63,863 nt of DNA from Camelus ferus (lineage: Eukaryota), in contig NC_045732.1 in the NCBI RefSeq assembly GCF_009834535.1, positions 14,508,138 through 14,572,000 of the forward strand. Reading direction: 5' to 3'. How positions within the stretch are numbered: the first letter of the stretch is position 1; each line of letters starts with the position of its first letter. A program made the translations under genes and the position numbers. Of this stretch, positions 12,190 through 23,899 are shown in pieces. A model generated the notes under the pieces. That model was not told the DNA's origin. It saw only the letters and a program-made list of their open reading frames with translations, and did not search any database.

Positions 12190-12410
12190 GGACCTTACCT
12201 GAAGCAAGGGCCTGGAGAGCCGCCCCGCCATGCGTGACGCAGCGCGGGCAGAACATGGCGGCGCCCTCGCCCCCCGTGGGCGGCGGCGGCTGCCGTTTAT
12301 AGGGGAACTGACGTCACGGCGCCTCGTCAATTGCCACGGCAACCAGCGGCCGGCGGGGCAAGCGTGGAGGCACTTACTAATTAAGCCCTATCATTAGGAG
12401 GATTGGATAG
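12190..12410 (-). promoter_or_regulatory. CpG-island promoter with TATA, CRE, X-box and CCAAT
   Basis: Minus-strand TATAAA 12296-12301; TGACGTCA 12309-12316; half-CRE 12325-12329; GTTGCCGTGGCAAT 12330-12343 (12/14 to the palindromic X-box GTTGCCATGGCAAC); CCAAT (gattgg on plus) near 12401-12406; dense CpG. Confidence 0.8.
12199..12256 (-). CDS. Candidate coding part of exon 1 (MFCPRCVTHGGAALQALAS+G)
   Basis: gccgccATG Kozak context 45 nt downstream of TATAAA, inside a CpG island; strong donor CAG|gtaagg at 12199/12198. Confidence 0.5.
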
Positions 12411-13039
12411 TCCTGTGAGTGAAGCAGGGCCTGATCGAGAGCAAGAGAACAGCCATCAGCAATGGCCTGACCACACGGCGACCACGCTGGCAGTTAAGCC
12501 ACCAACCAAGGCAGCAGCCAGGAGCAGTATGGGCATGGCGCAGCTGGTTGGTTGGACATTCCTGTGATGTATCCGTTGGGCTGTTTCTGTCATGAAATGA
12601 AAATCTCAGAGGGCTAAGTCCAGGGAGCTTGGGGTCACCTCTGCCATCACCAGGCACTCCTGATTTCAGTGCAAACACAGGTATCACTGCTCCGGCCTTC
12701 TCACTGTCTTGATTAGTTACAGGAGGCACTATCTTTGCCCTCCCGGGTTACAGCTCAGAAGAGGAGCACACACAGAACAGAAAATGCTACAGTAAAGCCA
12801 AAGAGGGCTGCTCAGGGCAGCAGAAGCTGTAAGCCTAAGTAGAAACACCCGCAACAGTTCTTAACTGCTTTCACATGGTCACGGGCAGATTTCACACCAT
12901 CTCTGGTTGGTAATTAGAGGGAGACCCTGCCCAGGAAGGACTAAGACCCAGACTTGAAAAGCAAATGAGAAAGGGTCTGGTATCAGGGCACTTTGTCTGG
13001 AACCTTCTTTCTCCGGGAAGTCAGTGGGCATTTCAACCA

Positions 13040-13324
13040 GAATGACCGGGTTTAGCACGTACACAGACAGACGCCCAGCTCAATCTGAATTTCAAACAAA
13101 CCATGAATAATGCTTTAGTGGAAGTAATACTTTTTTACGATAAGTATATCATAAGCAGGGAGAGGGAGAGGAGACGTGACACTCTGAAAAGGGGGTAAAA
13201 TGTGGCAGAGACAGAGACAAATGCAATATTTGAGACATAATGGTACTAAAATGTTATTTGTTGTTTGTCTGAAATACAAATGGGACTGGCTATCCCATAT
13301 TTTCTCTGGTCTCTGAAACCCTAG
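13040..13324. mobile_element. Palindromic hAT MITE, MER53-like, with a central insert
   Basis: Arms gcccagctcaatctgaatttcaaacaaac ... ttgtttgtctgaaatacaaatgggactggc...aaacccta, with about 65 bp of purine-rich sequence near the centre. Confidence 0.7.
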
Positions 13325-13531
13325 TTTCAGGTCTGTTTTTTCCTCTTATTTCCACTAATTAATTCTACTGCCTTACCCATCCTTTTCATATCTATGGTTA
13401 ATAACAACTACTAGGACTGACCCTCACAGGATAGCACTTTTCTAAATGCAAAAAATTCCTAAACTTTTGTCCCACTTGCAGGGTTTTGTTGTTGTTGTTT
13501 TGTTTTGCTTTTAATTCTAGCCTCTCTTTTT

Positions 13532-13743
13532 AAATTAAATTAAATTAATTTTTTAATTGAAGTATAATGAATTACAATGTGTCAGTTTCTAGTGTACAGC
13601 ACAATGTCCCAGTCATGCATATACATACATATATTCATTTTCATATTTTTTCTATTAAAGGTTACTACAAGATACTGAACACAGTTCCCTGTGCTATACA
13701 GAAGAAACTTTAAAAAAATCTATTTTTATATATAGTGTCTAAC
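13532..13743 (-). mobile_element. Camelid/cetartiodactyl L1 3' stub
   Basis: ttgaagtata...gttccctgtgctataca, the diagnostic L1 3' end in reverse. Confidence 0.85.
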
Positions 13744-14091
13744 CTCTCTTTTGATTCAGCAAAATTTGTCAGGAGGAAAGGCAATGTGCCCGCTTATTCC
13801 AAGAGCAGAAGACCTGGTAAGTGTTGGGAAGGGTGTCAATAGGTTGGATACATTGTTGAGTGAAAATCTAGTGAACAAAAATAAGATTGAGGAGGAGCAG
13901 TTGAGGAGATGGAATCGCACAACTAGACATCCTGTTCCTGTGTGTGGGTAGCACGGATTCCCCTTCTGGGAGCTCTGTTACTGCCTTCCTGTAGGAGTGG
14001 TGGGTAGGAAGTGAGACTGATGACCTCTGTGGTTCCATCTAACCAGGATTTTTCTGGCATTGATTTAAAAAATGGGCCCATGTGTATTCTT

Positions 14092-14257
14092 TTTTTTTTT
14101 TTATTGAGGTATAGTCAGTTTACAATGTTGTGTCAATTTCTGGTGTCCAGCATAAGGTTTCAGTCAGACATGTATTTCTTTTAATATTCTTTTTCATTAC
14201 AGGTACTACAAGATATTGAATAGAGTTCCCTGTGCTATACAGAAGGACCTCGTTGTT
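14092..14257 (-). mobile_element. Camelid L1 3' stub with a perfect 14-bp TSD
   Basis: Poly-T plus ttgaggtatagtcagtttacaatg...gttccctgtgctatacag. TSD ccatgtgtattctt at 14078-14091 and 14258-14271. Confidence 0.9.
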
Positions 14258-15134
14258 CCATGTGTATTCTTAAGAGCCTTCTCTCCAATCCAATAAAAAA
14301 CTCTATGATCATGCTTCATTGTTCTGTGAAATACTTCTGCTTGGCCTTTAGAAGAAATTAACACAGAAAACTTGGGAACCAAAAACACATGATGAAGCTA
14401 AAGCTTTATACTTCCCATCAAATATTCTCAGAGAGTATCAGGGCACTATACGGACTTTGGAATGATTCCAGCATGTCTTGGGGAAGTGCCAGTGGGCTGA
14501 GTGGAACGTGAAGGTTACACGCAGAAGGATAAAGTTATGAAAATGTATCTGTGGAAGGGTAAGAATGTAAAATGAAGATTAGAAACAATAACTGGGGCAA
14601 AGGGTATCCTGCCCATGGAGAAACAGAAATCCTATTCGACTTGCATGGGGTCTTATTTTAATGTGGAGTGCAGCGCACACTGCAGCAATGTTCCACCTAA
14701 CCCACCCCATCCTAAAATGCCGACTCTCTTTTCTGAGCATAGAGCCGTGGCATTCGAGAACTCAGGAAAGAATTAGCCAGAGGGTAGATCTTGGAGGATA
14801 GGTTGCATCTGTTTTGAATATGTTCCTGCCCCACGTGTGGGCACTGACCTCCTGTCAGCTGGGACTCTGAAGTGCAACCCAAGAAGATGTGTTGATCTAG
14901 AAAGTGTTTATACAAATGCTTACACACTCGAAAATAAATCTCCAGTGCCCTTGGCACTCAATTTAAAGTTATTCTAGAACTGCACCACCATCACCTTTTT
15001 TTTCTTTCTTATTTTTAGAACTGGGATGCCATATGGCATAAGAGGGGAAAGATAAATGGAGAAAATCCAATACGTGGACACATATTAACTTCAGACTTTA
15101 CAAAGGGACTTTGGGTTGGCTACACATTCACATG

Positions 15135-15280
15135 GGGTCTTCCCAACATTTCAGTGAGGTAGGAATTATTGATGGTATTTTAGAGATAAAGGAAACAGTA
15201 ACTCAAGAAGTGAAGGCCCAGCCAGGGAGCAATATCAGGGCTTCTAATTTTCAAGGTCTATGCTTTTCTCACTCCACCAG
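15135..15280 (-). mobile_element. MIR fragment
   Basis: Core tttagagataaaggaaacag (cf. tttacagatgaggaaactg). Confidence 0.6.
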
Positions 15281-15384
15281 AGCCACCTTCCACAATACCA
15301 TATGACTGATAGAAGTAAATTGACCTTTATGATCTTTACTTGTGTCCAGGCAATTTACAGAGGTTCATGAAAAGAGAAAGAAGA

Positions 15385-15600
15385 GTAGCACAGTGATTAA
15401 TTCCCGAATCCTGGAATCAAATCCTTGTTCCATCATTTACTAGCTGTTCAGCCAAGGGCAAGTTTCTTTCCTTATCCAGCCTTAGTTTGTCTAACTGAAG
15501 AATAGGTTTAAAAATAATATTTTCTTTACTGGGTTGTTGTGAGGATTGAATAAATTCATATATATATATAAAGTCCTAGCATAGAAAATGCCCCACGTAC
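15385..15600 (+). mobile_element. MIR
   Basis: caaatcct...tttactagctg...gggcaagtt...ttgtgaggattgaa. Confidence 0.7.
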
Positions 15601-16243
15601 ATTTCCTATTTTTAGTATTATTATCTCAAGGTATATATTATACTCTTGACTTCAGTGTTGACTTGCCCATCAATCTAGGATGTGTGGACTCTTGTTTTGC
15701 AAGTTTGCTCTAAGAGTGTCAGACATTTTGAGAGAAGGGATTAAGAGGTTCACCAAAAAGCTCCTTATCTTGAAATCCAGTCAAAGCCATCCATAGAAAT
15801 ATTTCCTAATCATTTTTGAGAAATGTGCAAAATTATCAGAAAACAAATGTGAGATGTGGAACCAAGCACATTAGGCACTAAAGCTTGACTCAGGGGAAAT
15901 GCACAAAAAAGGGAAAACGTTCACTGTGATCCTGCCAAGAGAATCTGTGCCTCGTTAACATCATTTTTGCTTAAATGCCTCCAAATTTCTGAAGCCTGGA
16001 AAACTCTGGACTTTTAAGGCTAGGATTTTGCTGATTGGATATTAGAAGATGAAGCATTTCATGACACTGTTGTTTAATTTGTAGAGGAAAGATACACTTT
16101 GGAAATAAATTAAGACTACCAATTTCAACACTAAGAGCCTTAAAGTATGGAGTTAGTCTGGAAATGTTTTGAGATGGTGAGAGAGTGACATGTTAGGGAT
16201 CTGTGTGCAAACAGGATGTGTAGATCAACACAGTAGTCATGGG

Positions 16244-16752
16244 GATAAAGAAGCTGTGGTATATTTATACAATGGAATACTACTCAGCCATAAAAATAAA
16301 ACAATGCCATTTGCAGCAACATGGATGGACTTGGAGATCGTCATTCTAAGTGAAGGAAGGCAGAAAGAGAAAGAAAAATACCATATGATATCATGCATAT
16401 TTGGAATCTAAAAAAAAGAAAAAAAGAAGACACTACTGAACTTATCTACAAAACAGAAACAGACTCACATAGTAAACAAACTTTTGGTTACCAGGGGGGA
16501 AAGGGGATGGGAAGGGATAAACTGGGAGTTTGAGATGTACAGATACTAACTACTATATATAAAATAGATAAACAGCAAGTTTCTTCTGTACAGCACAGGA
16601 AACTGTATTCAATATCTTGTAGTAACTTATAATGAAAAGAATATGACAATGAATATATGTATGTATATGTATGACTGAACTATTATGCTGTACACCAGAA
16701 ACTGACACCACATTGTAAACTGACTATACTTCAATTAAAAAAAAAATCAAAA
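16244..16752 (+). mobile_element. Camelid L1 3' fragment (ORF2 end plus 3' UTR)
   Basis: aatggaatactactcagccataaaa...gactatacttcaattaaaaaa. TSD caacacagtagtcatggg / caagacagtcgtcttggg (15/18). Confidence 0.9.
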
Positions 16753-18105
16753 CAAGACAGTCGTCTTGGGCTCTTGGCTGCACCCTGAATTAATGTAAGT
16801 AATAACAAGGTAGGACAAAGACATGCCTTCTTTTCTTATTTCTTCCCAATACACTCTTTTCTTCTTGGGTTATTAAAAAAAAGATTTCAGTCTTTGAAAA
16901 TAATCTTTGTTCTTTTTACAGCTGTTAAGAATCTAGAGAAAGGTAGTTGTTCCAAGCCTGTCCACTGAGGGAAGGAGACAATTGTTCATAATCTGCTGAG
17001 CTTGCAATAGGAACAGCATAAAATAAAGCCAAATGGAAGATGGATTCCACTGCTGGGGGTGGGGAGACATTCTACTAAAGGAGCAACTTGTAAAATGAAT
17101 CATGGAAAATCATGTCTCAAGAAGAAAGGGGATTTCAGAAGAAAATATAATAATGGAAGACATTTAATTTAGGTGCTCTGTCTTTTTAGGAAAAGTAGTT
17201 TATGAATAAATGATACTCAAGGTTACAATTGAGTGGAATGTCCGGAGGAATATGTGGCTAAAACTAGCTGTGTTCAAGGGAATGAAAAAAGCAAGTGATA
17301 GTTCTATAAAGCTCCTGGTTTAAAAAAAAAAACAGGAGGAATAAGTAAACCTAGGAAACATTTTGAAATAAGAGCAAGTTGATACTGAGGCCTCCATCTT
17401 CCAACATGGTTCCCTTTTCCCCTTTTTGGTTCATGTTGGTGCTACCAGACCTCACCCCGTCTCTCTCTGTGGCCCAGTACCTTCATTTCTCCCTTCCTCC
17501 TATATTTGTTATAAATTCCTGATCTCAGATGAGAGACTGAAACTCTGGCATGTAAAGCTATAAAAACCGACCTGAGATTACCATATTTTATCCCCCCTTT
17601 TCCAGAACTGCACTTTAATAGGGATCAATGATTAATGCTAAAGTAATGATTTTGTGTGGCATTCAGGATTGTGGCCAGAAAGTGGCAAGATGCGATACGG
17701 GAATTTGAGGAGGAAAGGACCAAAGGAAGGGTCTTCATGAAAACCCACTATGTGAAAAATAAGAACCCCCTCCTATACATGTGGAGCACTGACTTGCCAA
17801 AGGCACTGTATGTTCACTGCAGGCAAGATTCAGCCCTTCTAAACAACCAACCAAATTAAATCAACTTTTCTCAAATAGCAAAGAAAGGGAACGTTCTGCA
17901 ATACCTTATTATGACTTCTCTTTGTTAGTACCTTAAGAACACTTCAAATGGTAAAGACAAATTGCTTGTGGTTTAAACATCCAGAGGCAAGATACTTTAT
18001 CCTTGACTTCTTGATTTCTTCAAATAATTACAAATTACTCTCAGTAGAAACATCAGACTCATTTTCTTCACAAGTCTATGAGATTTTTATGCCCCCATCT
18101 TAACG

Positions 18106-18153
18106 TAAGTGGCCCTGTGGCATTTCAAATAAGTGGCCCTGTGGCATTTCAAA
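18106..18153. repeat. Perfect 24-bp tandem duplication
   Basis: taagtggccctgtggcatttcaaa x2. Confidence 0.95.
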
Positions 18154-19499
18154 TCTCCGGTCATTGAACAATTGGTTGACTTTGGCAGTCTCTATGACTA
18201 ATGCGTTAACTCCAACCTATCAAATGAACTAAAACTGAGTGTGTTTGAATATTTGGTCTACAGATAAGCCTATTGGGGGCATTCAAACAAATGAGGTGAA
18301 CTTGACTTTTCTGGTCCTTTCAAGGCTATATTCAGGGGAAAGGTTACACAACAGCTTAGTGGAGCCAAGCCAAACACATTCATTCCAAAAGCCTTCCTTT
18401 AAACAACATACTGTCTTTGCATTTTGCTATATTTTGTAACTTGGAATTAAAAGCTTATTAGAAGCGAGTCTTCCCTGCAAACTGACATATTCAATTACAG
18501 TCATCTGTTCTGGAGAACAGACTGTGTCTAGACAGAAGAATACCACTGTGGCTTAGAAGGAACACGATGCGTTACAGCGGCTGATTCTAGGGCTGGGTGA
18601 CCATTTTTTACGATCTGCTCTGGGAACAGTGTCTGATAAACTATTTTGCAGCTTCCCAAATGCATGTAGGTATGAAATGACCTGAATGGCTGCAGCTGAG
18701 AACAAAAAACAATGAGATTAAATGACGGAGATGTGGTGATGATGGGCGAAGATTATGTAAGCCAAAGATAAATATGAAACAGCAGCATTAAAAATGCAAA
18801 ATAAAAGCAAACAAACAAAACCAGATTAATATAAATGAAAGCCAAGATTTCAAGCTTTGTGAGAGAAAAAAAATTCTAGTCTTTGCTCTGTGTTCCAGGA
18901 TCTTAACAACTGGGTTTAGGGCGGTGGCGGCGGGGCGAGGGTGCGGGTGGAGTTATTTATTCGCATGTACGCGGAATCCGGACAAGCAGTTGGCTGGCTA
19001 TGAGAAATTAAGCATCTGTCCTGGGAGGCCTCCTTCCAAACAGAACCATACCGAGTGCACACCATATGAAAAGGAATAGGCTAGGAGAACTGGCCGGTAC
19101 TGATAGAAACTAGGAAGAAAGCAGTCTTCATGTTGTGAAATGCTGAGGCTTAAATGCATGTCTAGCATTTCAGTGACCTACAATGCAGTAGACTCGTTCA
19201 ATCTTATGAAGAATCGCACTTGAAATCAACTTCCCTAAGAGGAGTTTACACATGCTAGAAATCACACGTGCTTTGCAAAGCCACTGCCAATATGTAAGAA
19301 TAGGACACTGCTCCCTGATGACCCCCCCAACCCCTCACCCTCTCTGCCCCACTGGCCCTAGCCCGGCCCATGAAATCGGTCATCATTTTGAAAGATTGAA
19401 AATGCAATCATTGCCAATTTTCTGGTTTCCATGGCTTAGAAATCTGAGAAGGCAGGGGTTCATTTCTTACTAAATTTGCCCCCTAGGTTGGAGAAGGAA

Positions 19500-19550
19500 G
19501 ACGCCAATGAAAGGCGAGGACGTGACGTATGGCGGTTGCTAAGAGACGGG
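19500..19550 (+). promoter_or_regulatory. Candidate plus-strand promoter (CCAAT, CRE-like, X-box)
   Basis: CCAAT 19504-19508, TGACGTA 19523-19529 and GTTGCTAAGAGAC 19535-19547, in a small CpG-retaining patch. Confidence 0.6.
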
Positions 19551-19774
19551 CGACTGAACACAGGCTGCCACTTAATAATGGCCAGAGGGGTGTGAGCTAT
19601 GATAACATCAGCCAGGACAGCTCTGCCTCTCAGCCCAGCAGGGGCCAGTGCTGCGGGGAGAATGAAAAGGAAGGCAGTCTTGTTAGGGAAAATGTAAGAA
19701 GATCTGGAAAGGGAAATGAAAGCCAGAGGCCCTTCTCCAACCGAGATGGTGCGATGGGGGCCTTGTGGGAAAAG
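19550..19774 (+). other. Candidate first exon of the plus-strand locus
   Basis: Follows the promoter motifs and ends at donor AAG|gtatgc. ATG at 19716 gives MKARGPSPTEMVRWGPCGK(R), phase 2; two short upstream ORFs precede it. The start coordinate is a guess. Confidence 0.45.
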
Positions 19775-20039
19775 GTATGCTTTGTGCTATTTTCTCCGGG
19801 TAATGAAGGTGGCTGGGATTAGGACTGATTCCCACTCTGCTACTTGCTCACCCGGTAGCCCACGACTCTGTGAAAGACCTGGGCCCTGTGACTTCCTTTA
19901 TCAGGACTCAATGAGCCAACCACGTTCCTGACTTGCTCAGCCCCAGGAAAAGGGAAAAAGGGACTTGAGCCGTGAGCTAACTAGCTCCAAATAGCCATAA
20001 AACAGACATACGGTACTAGGCAACCGGCAGGATGAGCAG

Positions 20040-20200
20040 AGCCCAGAAGTCCAAAGTATAGCCTCTAGGGTCGGGCTAATCTGGGTTCAAATTCTGATCC
20101 TTCCGCCTGCTGACCTGGGGCAAGTTACAGGAACTTCTTAAATCTCGGAGTCCTCCCTGTGTTTACCAGGAGCATCAGAATATAACCTCCATGAAGGTTT
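20040..20200 (+). mobile_element. MIR fragment
   Basis: ctgggttcaaattctg...tgacctggggcaagttac. Confidence 0.65.
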
Positions 20201-20204
20201 GTCT

Positions 20205-20640
20205 TCAGCCCAGCACCACTTGCCCTCTTTCTTCTAGTAACAGACCCCCCCCTCCCTTATTTTGTGGAAATCCCCAGTCAACATAGGCTCTAGTAGGGGT
20301 TACAAGTAAGCCCTCCAAAACCACCCTCACCTCACCGCCAGTAATTGGTCCAAGGATCTGGGCAATGACTCAAACAAGGCTGACCAGAATTCTGCCAATG
20401 GGATTTTAGCTAGACCGGGGTATGGGGCTCACATATGTCCAGGGCAAGACCCTTTATTTCCAGTGGCGAAGCTGGCAGGGCTACTGGCAGTCACTTTTCC
20501 CATCACATGGATAAAGCTGCTCCACTGTGGAAGAGAACAGCGTGGGCAAGCAGACACGCAGAGATGGGAGAAAGAAGTTCCCCAGATCATCTCAATGTGT
20601 GGCTCTAGCTCCTGAGTTCCCTGCAACCACCCTAGTTCCC
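20205..20640 (+). mobile_element. MaLR LTR, MLT1K/L-like
   Basis: tctttcttctagtaacagacccc...gtaattggtccaagg...ggctgaccagaattct resembles old MLT1 LTRs. Confidence 0.55.
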
Positions 20641-20949
20641 ACCTCCCACAGATCTAGGTGATGATCAGATGAGAAAACGTATGTAGACAGAGTATCTAAT
20701 GAGTGCTTACATCCATATTTTCGCACACTTGAGTGAAGAAGTTCATTGGAACAGCTGCTTCATCCCACATGCCAGCTGAACCCTATGGAAAGTGGCCTGT
20801 CCAAGGCTGAGGAAAGAGGATATGATGTGCCTGCAGGGTGACAATCTGCTGTGGAGTGGCACTGCTGTCACAGATCACCCTCATTGTACCATGTGACTCA
20901 CTGAACCAAGCTGCTGCAAATGCCCAGATGTTCTAGCCTCCAGACGGAT

Positions 20950-21048
20950 TTATTTATTTTTAAATTTTTAATGGAGGCACTGGGGATAGAGCCCAGGACC
21001 TCATGCATGCTAAGCACGTGCTCTACCTCTGAGCTATTATCCTTCCCC
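20950..21048 (-). mobile_element. Vic-1-type SINE
   Basis: Reverse-strand tRNA-Ala head; TSD gacggattta / gacggactta. Confidence 0.9.
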
Positions 21049-21394
21049 TGGACGGACTTATTCTTAGTGGCAAAGAGTTCCTGGTTTTCACCAAGTTAAA
21101 CGCAAACAGCTAAATGAAAAGGGCTGGATAAAAGCATTACAAAGACTAGATCCTGGCCCCAATTCTGCCACCTGTAGGTTTAAGATTAAGCATCACTTTA
21201 GGAAGCGGTGGAAATTGAGTTTGCGCTGTGTTTACAGCGCTATTGAGAAGATCCCATCTTTGACAAGTGTAAACTCCAGAGAGTTTGAGAATGTATGGAA
21301 TAATTATTAATATTTTCCTAGAGGGCAAGAGAATGGGTGTTGCGACTATGACCATCTCTACACGTGCAAAGAAGAAGGCTGGAGCAAAGATTTA

Positions 21395-21970
21395 GTCCAT
21401 CAATTAATGTCCTGAGCATCTTCTGTGTGTCTGCATTGAGCTTACAGAAATAAAACACAACCGTTGTTCTGATGGTGTTCAGTCCATCCACTGAAAGAGA
21501 CCCAGAGACAAGGACTAAGAGAGCAATAAAATGCCAGAGGAAGATGCAATGATTTATGTCCAGGAGGAGGCCAGGGAAGGAGACACAAAAGAGATAATGT
21601 TTGATCTGAGCTTTGACGTTTACCAGGCAGAGAAAAGCTGGGAGGTGTTCCTGAGCAGAGATGCACTCGTGGAGTAAGGGTGGCGGGACGGTGCAAAGCA
21701 AGCTTGAGAAGAGCCCAGGAGGCAACGAGGACCGTGGTTAGAACACAAGATATATTGGCACTGATACCAGCTAAGTGGATGAAGGGAGCCACTGAAGACT
21801 GTAGAGCTTGGGAGTGAGATGCTCAATCTGTTAGTGGGGTCAACGTGGGGACAGGGTGAAAGATGGAAGTGACAGGGGAGACTAGAGGAAGGAAGAGCCA
21901 TCTTAATAGTTGAGGACAGAGTTGAGGAGGATTAGCCTGACAGTGAGAGTTAGTGCAGTGGCAGCTGGAA
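21395..21970 (-). mobile_element. L2 fragment
   Basis: Reverse L2 3' end (catcaattaatgtcctgagcatcttctgtgtg...) followed by a purine-rich L2 body. Confidence 0.6.
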
Positions 21971-23757
21971 TATGAGGTTTTTTGTTTTTGTTTTTGTTTT
22001 TGTTTTAGGAAATCTATGAGTCAGAGGATTTGAAAACATTCCCAGTCTGCTTCAAAACTCAAATATTTGTGAATTTCAGGGGAGAGCAACTCTTCAAAAA
22101 TTGCAACCTCATTTGACTGCTATATACATTTTCCTAATTAAGGCAAGGGATATGCAGAATATGAAAATAAAATAATCATTTGTTTGTGGGTATTAAATTT
22201 TTTTTCTCTAGGCCTCAAACTCCTTACTTCATGGAAGCCTTTCTCTCTCCTTAACTTCCCTCCTGTGTGTATTTGGAAGCTACCCAGGAAGCATTCCCTC
22301 CTCTGAACCCCAAGTGTGTGAGACTTTATGAGAAGACACGTTTATGCATTTAAGATCTGCGCACACCTTCTGAAACTTCCTCACGTCATATCCATGCCCT
22401 TTCAAAGCCAAAAGCTTCAAACATTAGGCCCGATCTTACAGGGGAAAAAAAGAGGAAAATTTTTTTTAGGTGGATCAATTCTTTAAACTTCTGGGGTACA
22501 CTGAGTCATCTGGAGATGATGATGGGTCATGAGATTCTAGTGGCCCAAATTGTTAGGAACTTACACGGTCTTGCTGCCCCTGGGACAAATATATTTCCTT
22601 TGATAAATGGCTCCAGCTTCTCCCACCTGGCTGGCATCTCCCCTGCTTGCTGTTCACAGGGCCCCTCTCCAAGCAGTCCCATTGTTCTCTGGCCCCCACC
22701 CATCTAGTTGGCTGTCATGATGCTGACACAGAGCCAACAACGGCAGGGACAGGGCTTCAATGTCCCAGGCCCATGTTCAATTTAGAGCCCCTCCCATGTC
22801 CCATAAGACAGGAAACAATTAAATGCGCAAACTCAACTTTTGATTGATGAGGTGCCCTTTGTGAAGTCTGAAATTAAACAACAAGCTGAGGGCACGCTGG
22901 TGGAGGTTGCTAGCATGAACAATGTATAATCTATCCAGAAGAGCTCAGTAGGAGGTCTGAGTTACAGAGAAGTGCATGTTTATAGGTTATTGATACCTTA
23001 ACATCAAGACAACTCTTAATTTAGATGAAATGACAATCATGTTGGGTAGTTAGCACCTGAGCAATTGATTGTTATGAATTAACCCATCCCCACAAGCTAG
23101 GGAGGACTCTAATTATAATCAGGTGAATGACTGGAAAACAAAGGAGGGTTTAGGGAGATATAAAACCAATTTCAAGGTTATCAATACATGTGATGGTGGT
23201 CGTGTAACATGTATGCGATGTCACCTCAAAGAAAAATGGTTTCATCCACTGTGCAGTAGATGGGGGCGGGTTATAAGATAAGTGAGGGTCTGACCGCTGG
23301 TACTTTCAGCCTCATTAATTAAATGTTCCAGAGAAACCTGTGACAGGGCAGGTTGGTACCGTGGGGGGTGAGGTTGGGAGGCACATTCTGGTGCTGCCAC
23401 AAGGCAAGGTAGTCTTTGCTGCTGCTATTGCAAGGGTCCCTTCTTTCTACCGCTCCTCTGCAGTCAGCTTTGGGGTCATGCATATTTTTCATTTATGCAG
23501 AGCAGATTATTTCTGGAAGGTTCTAACCCTATCCTCATGCATAGCCACACTAGGTAATGTAGAGTGTTTCACCCATCTTCCCTGCCAGAAATGCCTGTGC
23601 TAATAGTCCACCATTTTCCTATCCTCTTCTTCAATGTTCGATTAGATCCAAAAGAGCTCTGTCTCCACAGAGCACTGATAAATTGCCAACATTCTGTGGA
23701 ACAGGAAGGTGCAAATGGTCCAAGCAGAGATGTCATCACCAGAAAGGGTAGACCAGG

Positions 23758-23899
23758 ACCTCGCTACTCACAGTGCGGTCCCTGAACCTGCAGCGTTAGC
23801 ATCTCCAGGTAACTTGGTAGAAATGCTCCACCTCAGACCTGCTAAGTCAGCATCTGCACTTTAACATGATGATTTGAGTGCACATTACAGTTTGCACTG
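23758..23899 (+). mobile_element. MER5A-like MITE
   Basis: gctactcacagtgcggtccc...agaaatgc...tcagcatctgcactttaaca. Confidence 0.7.
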
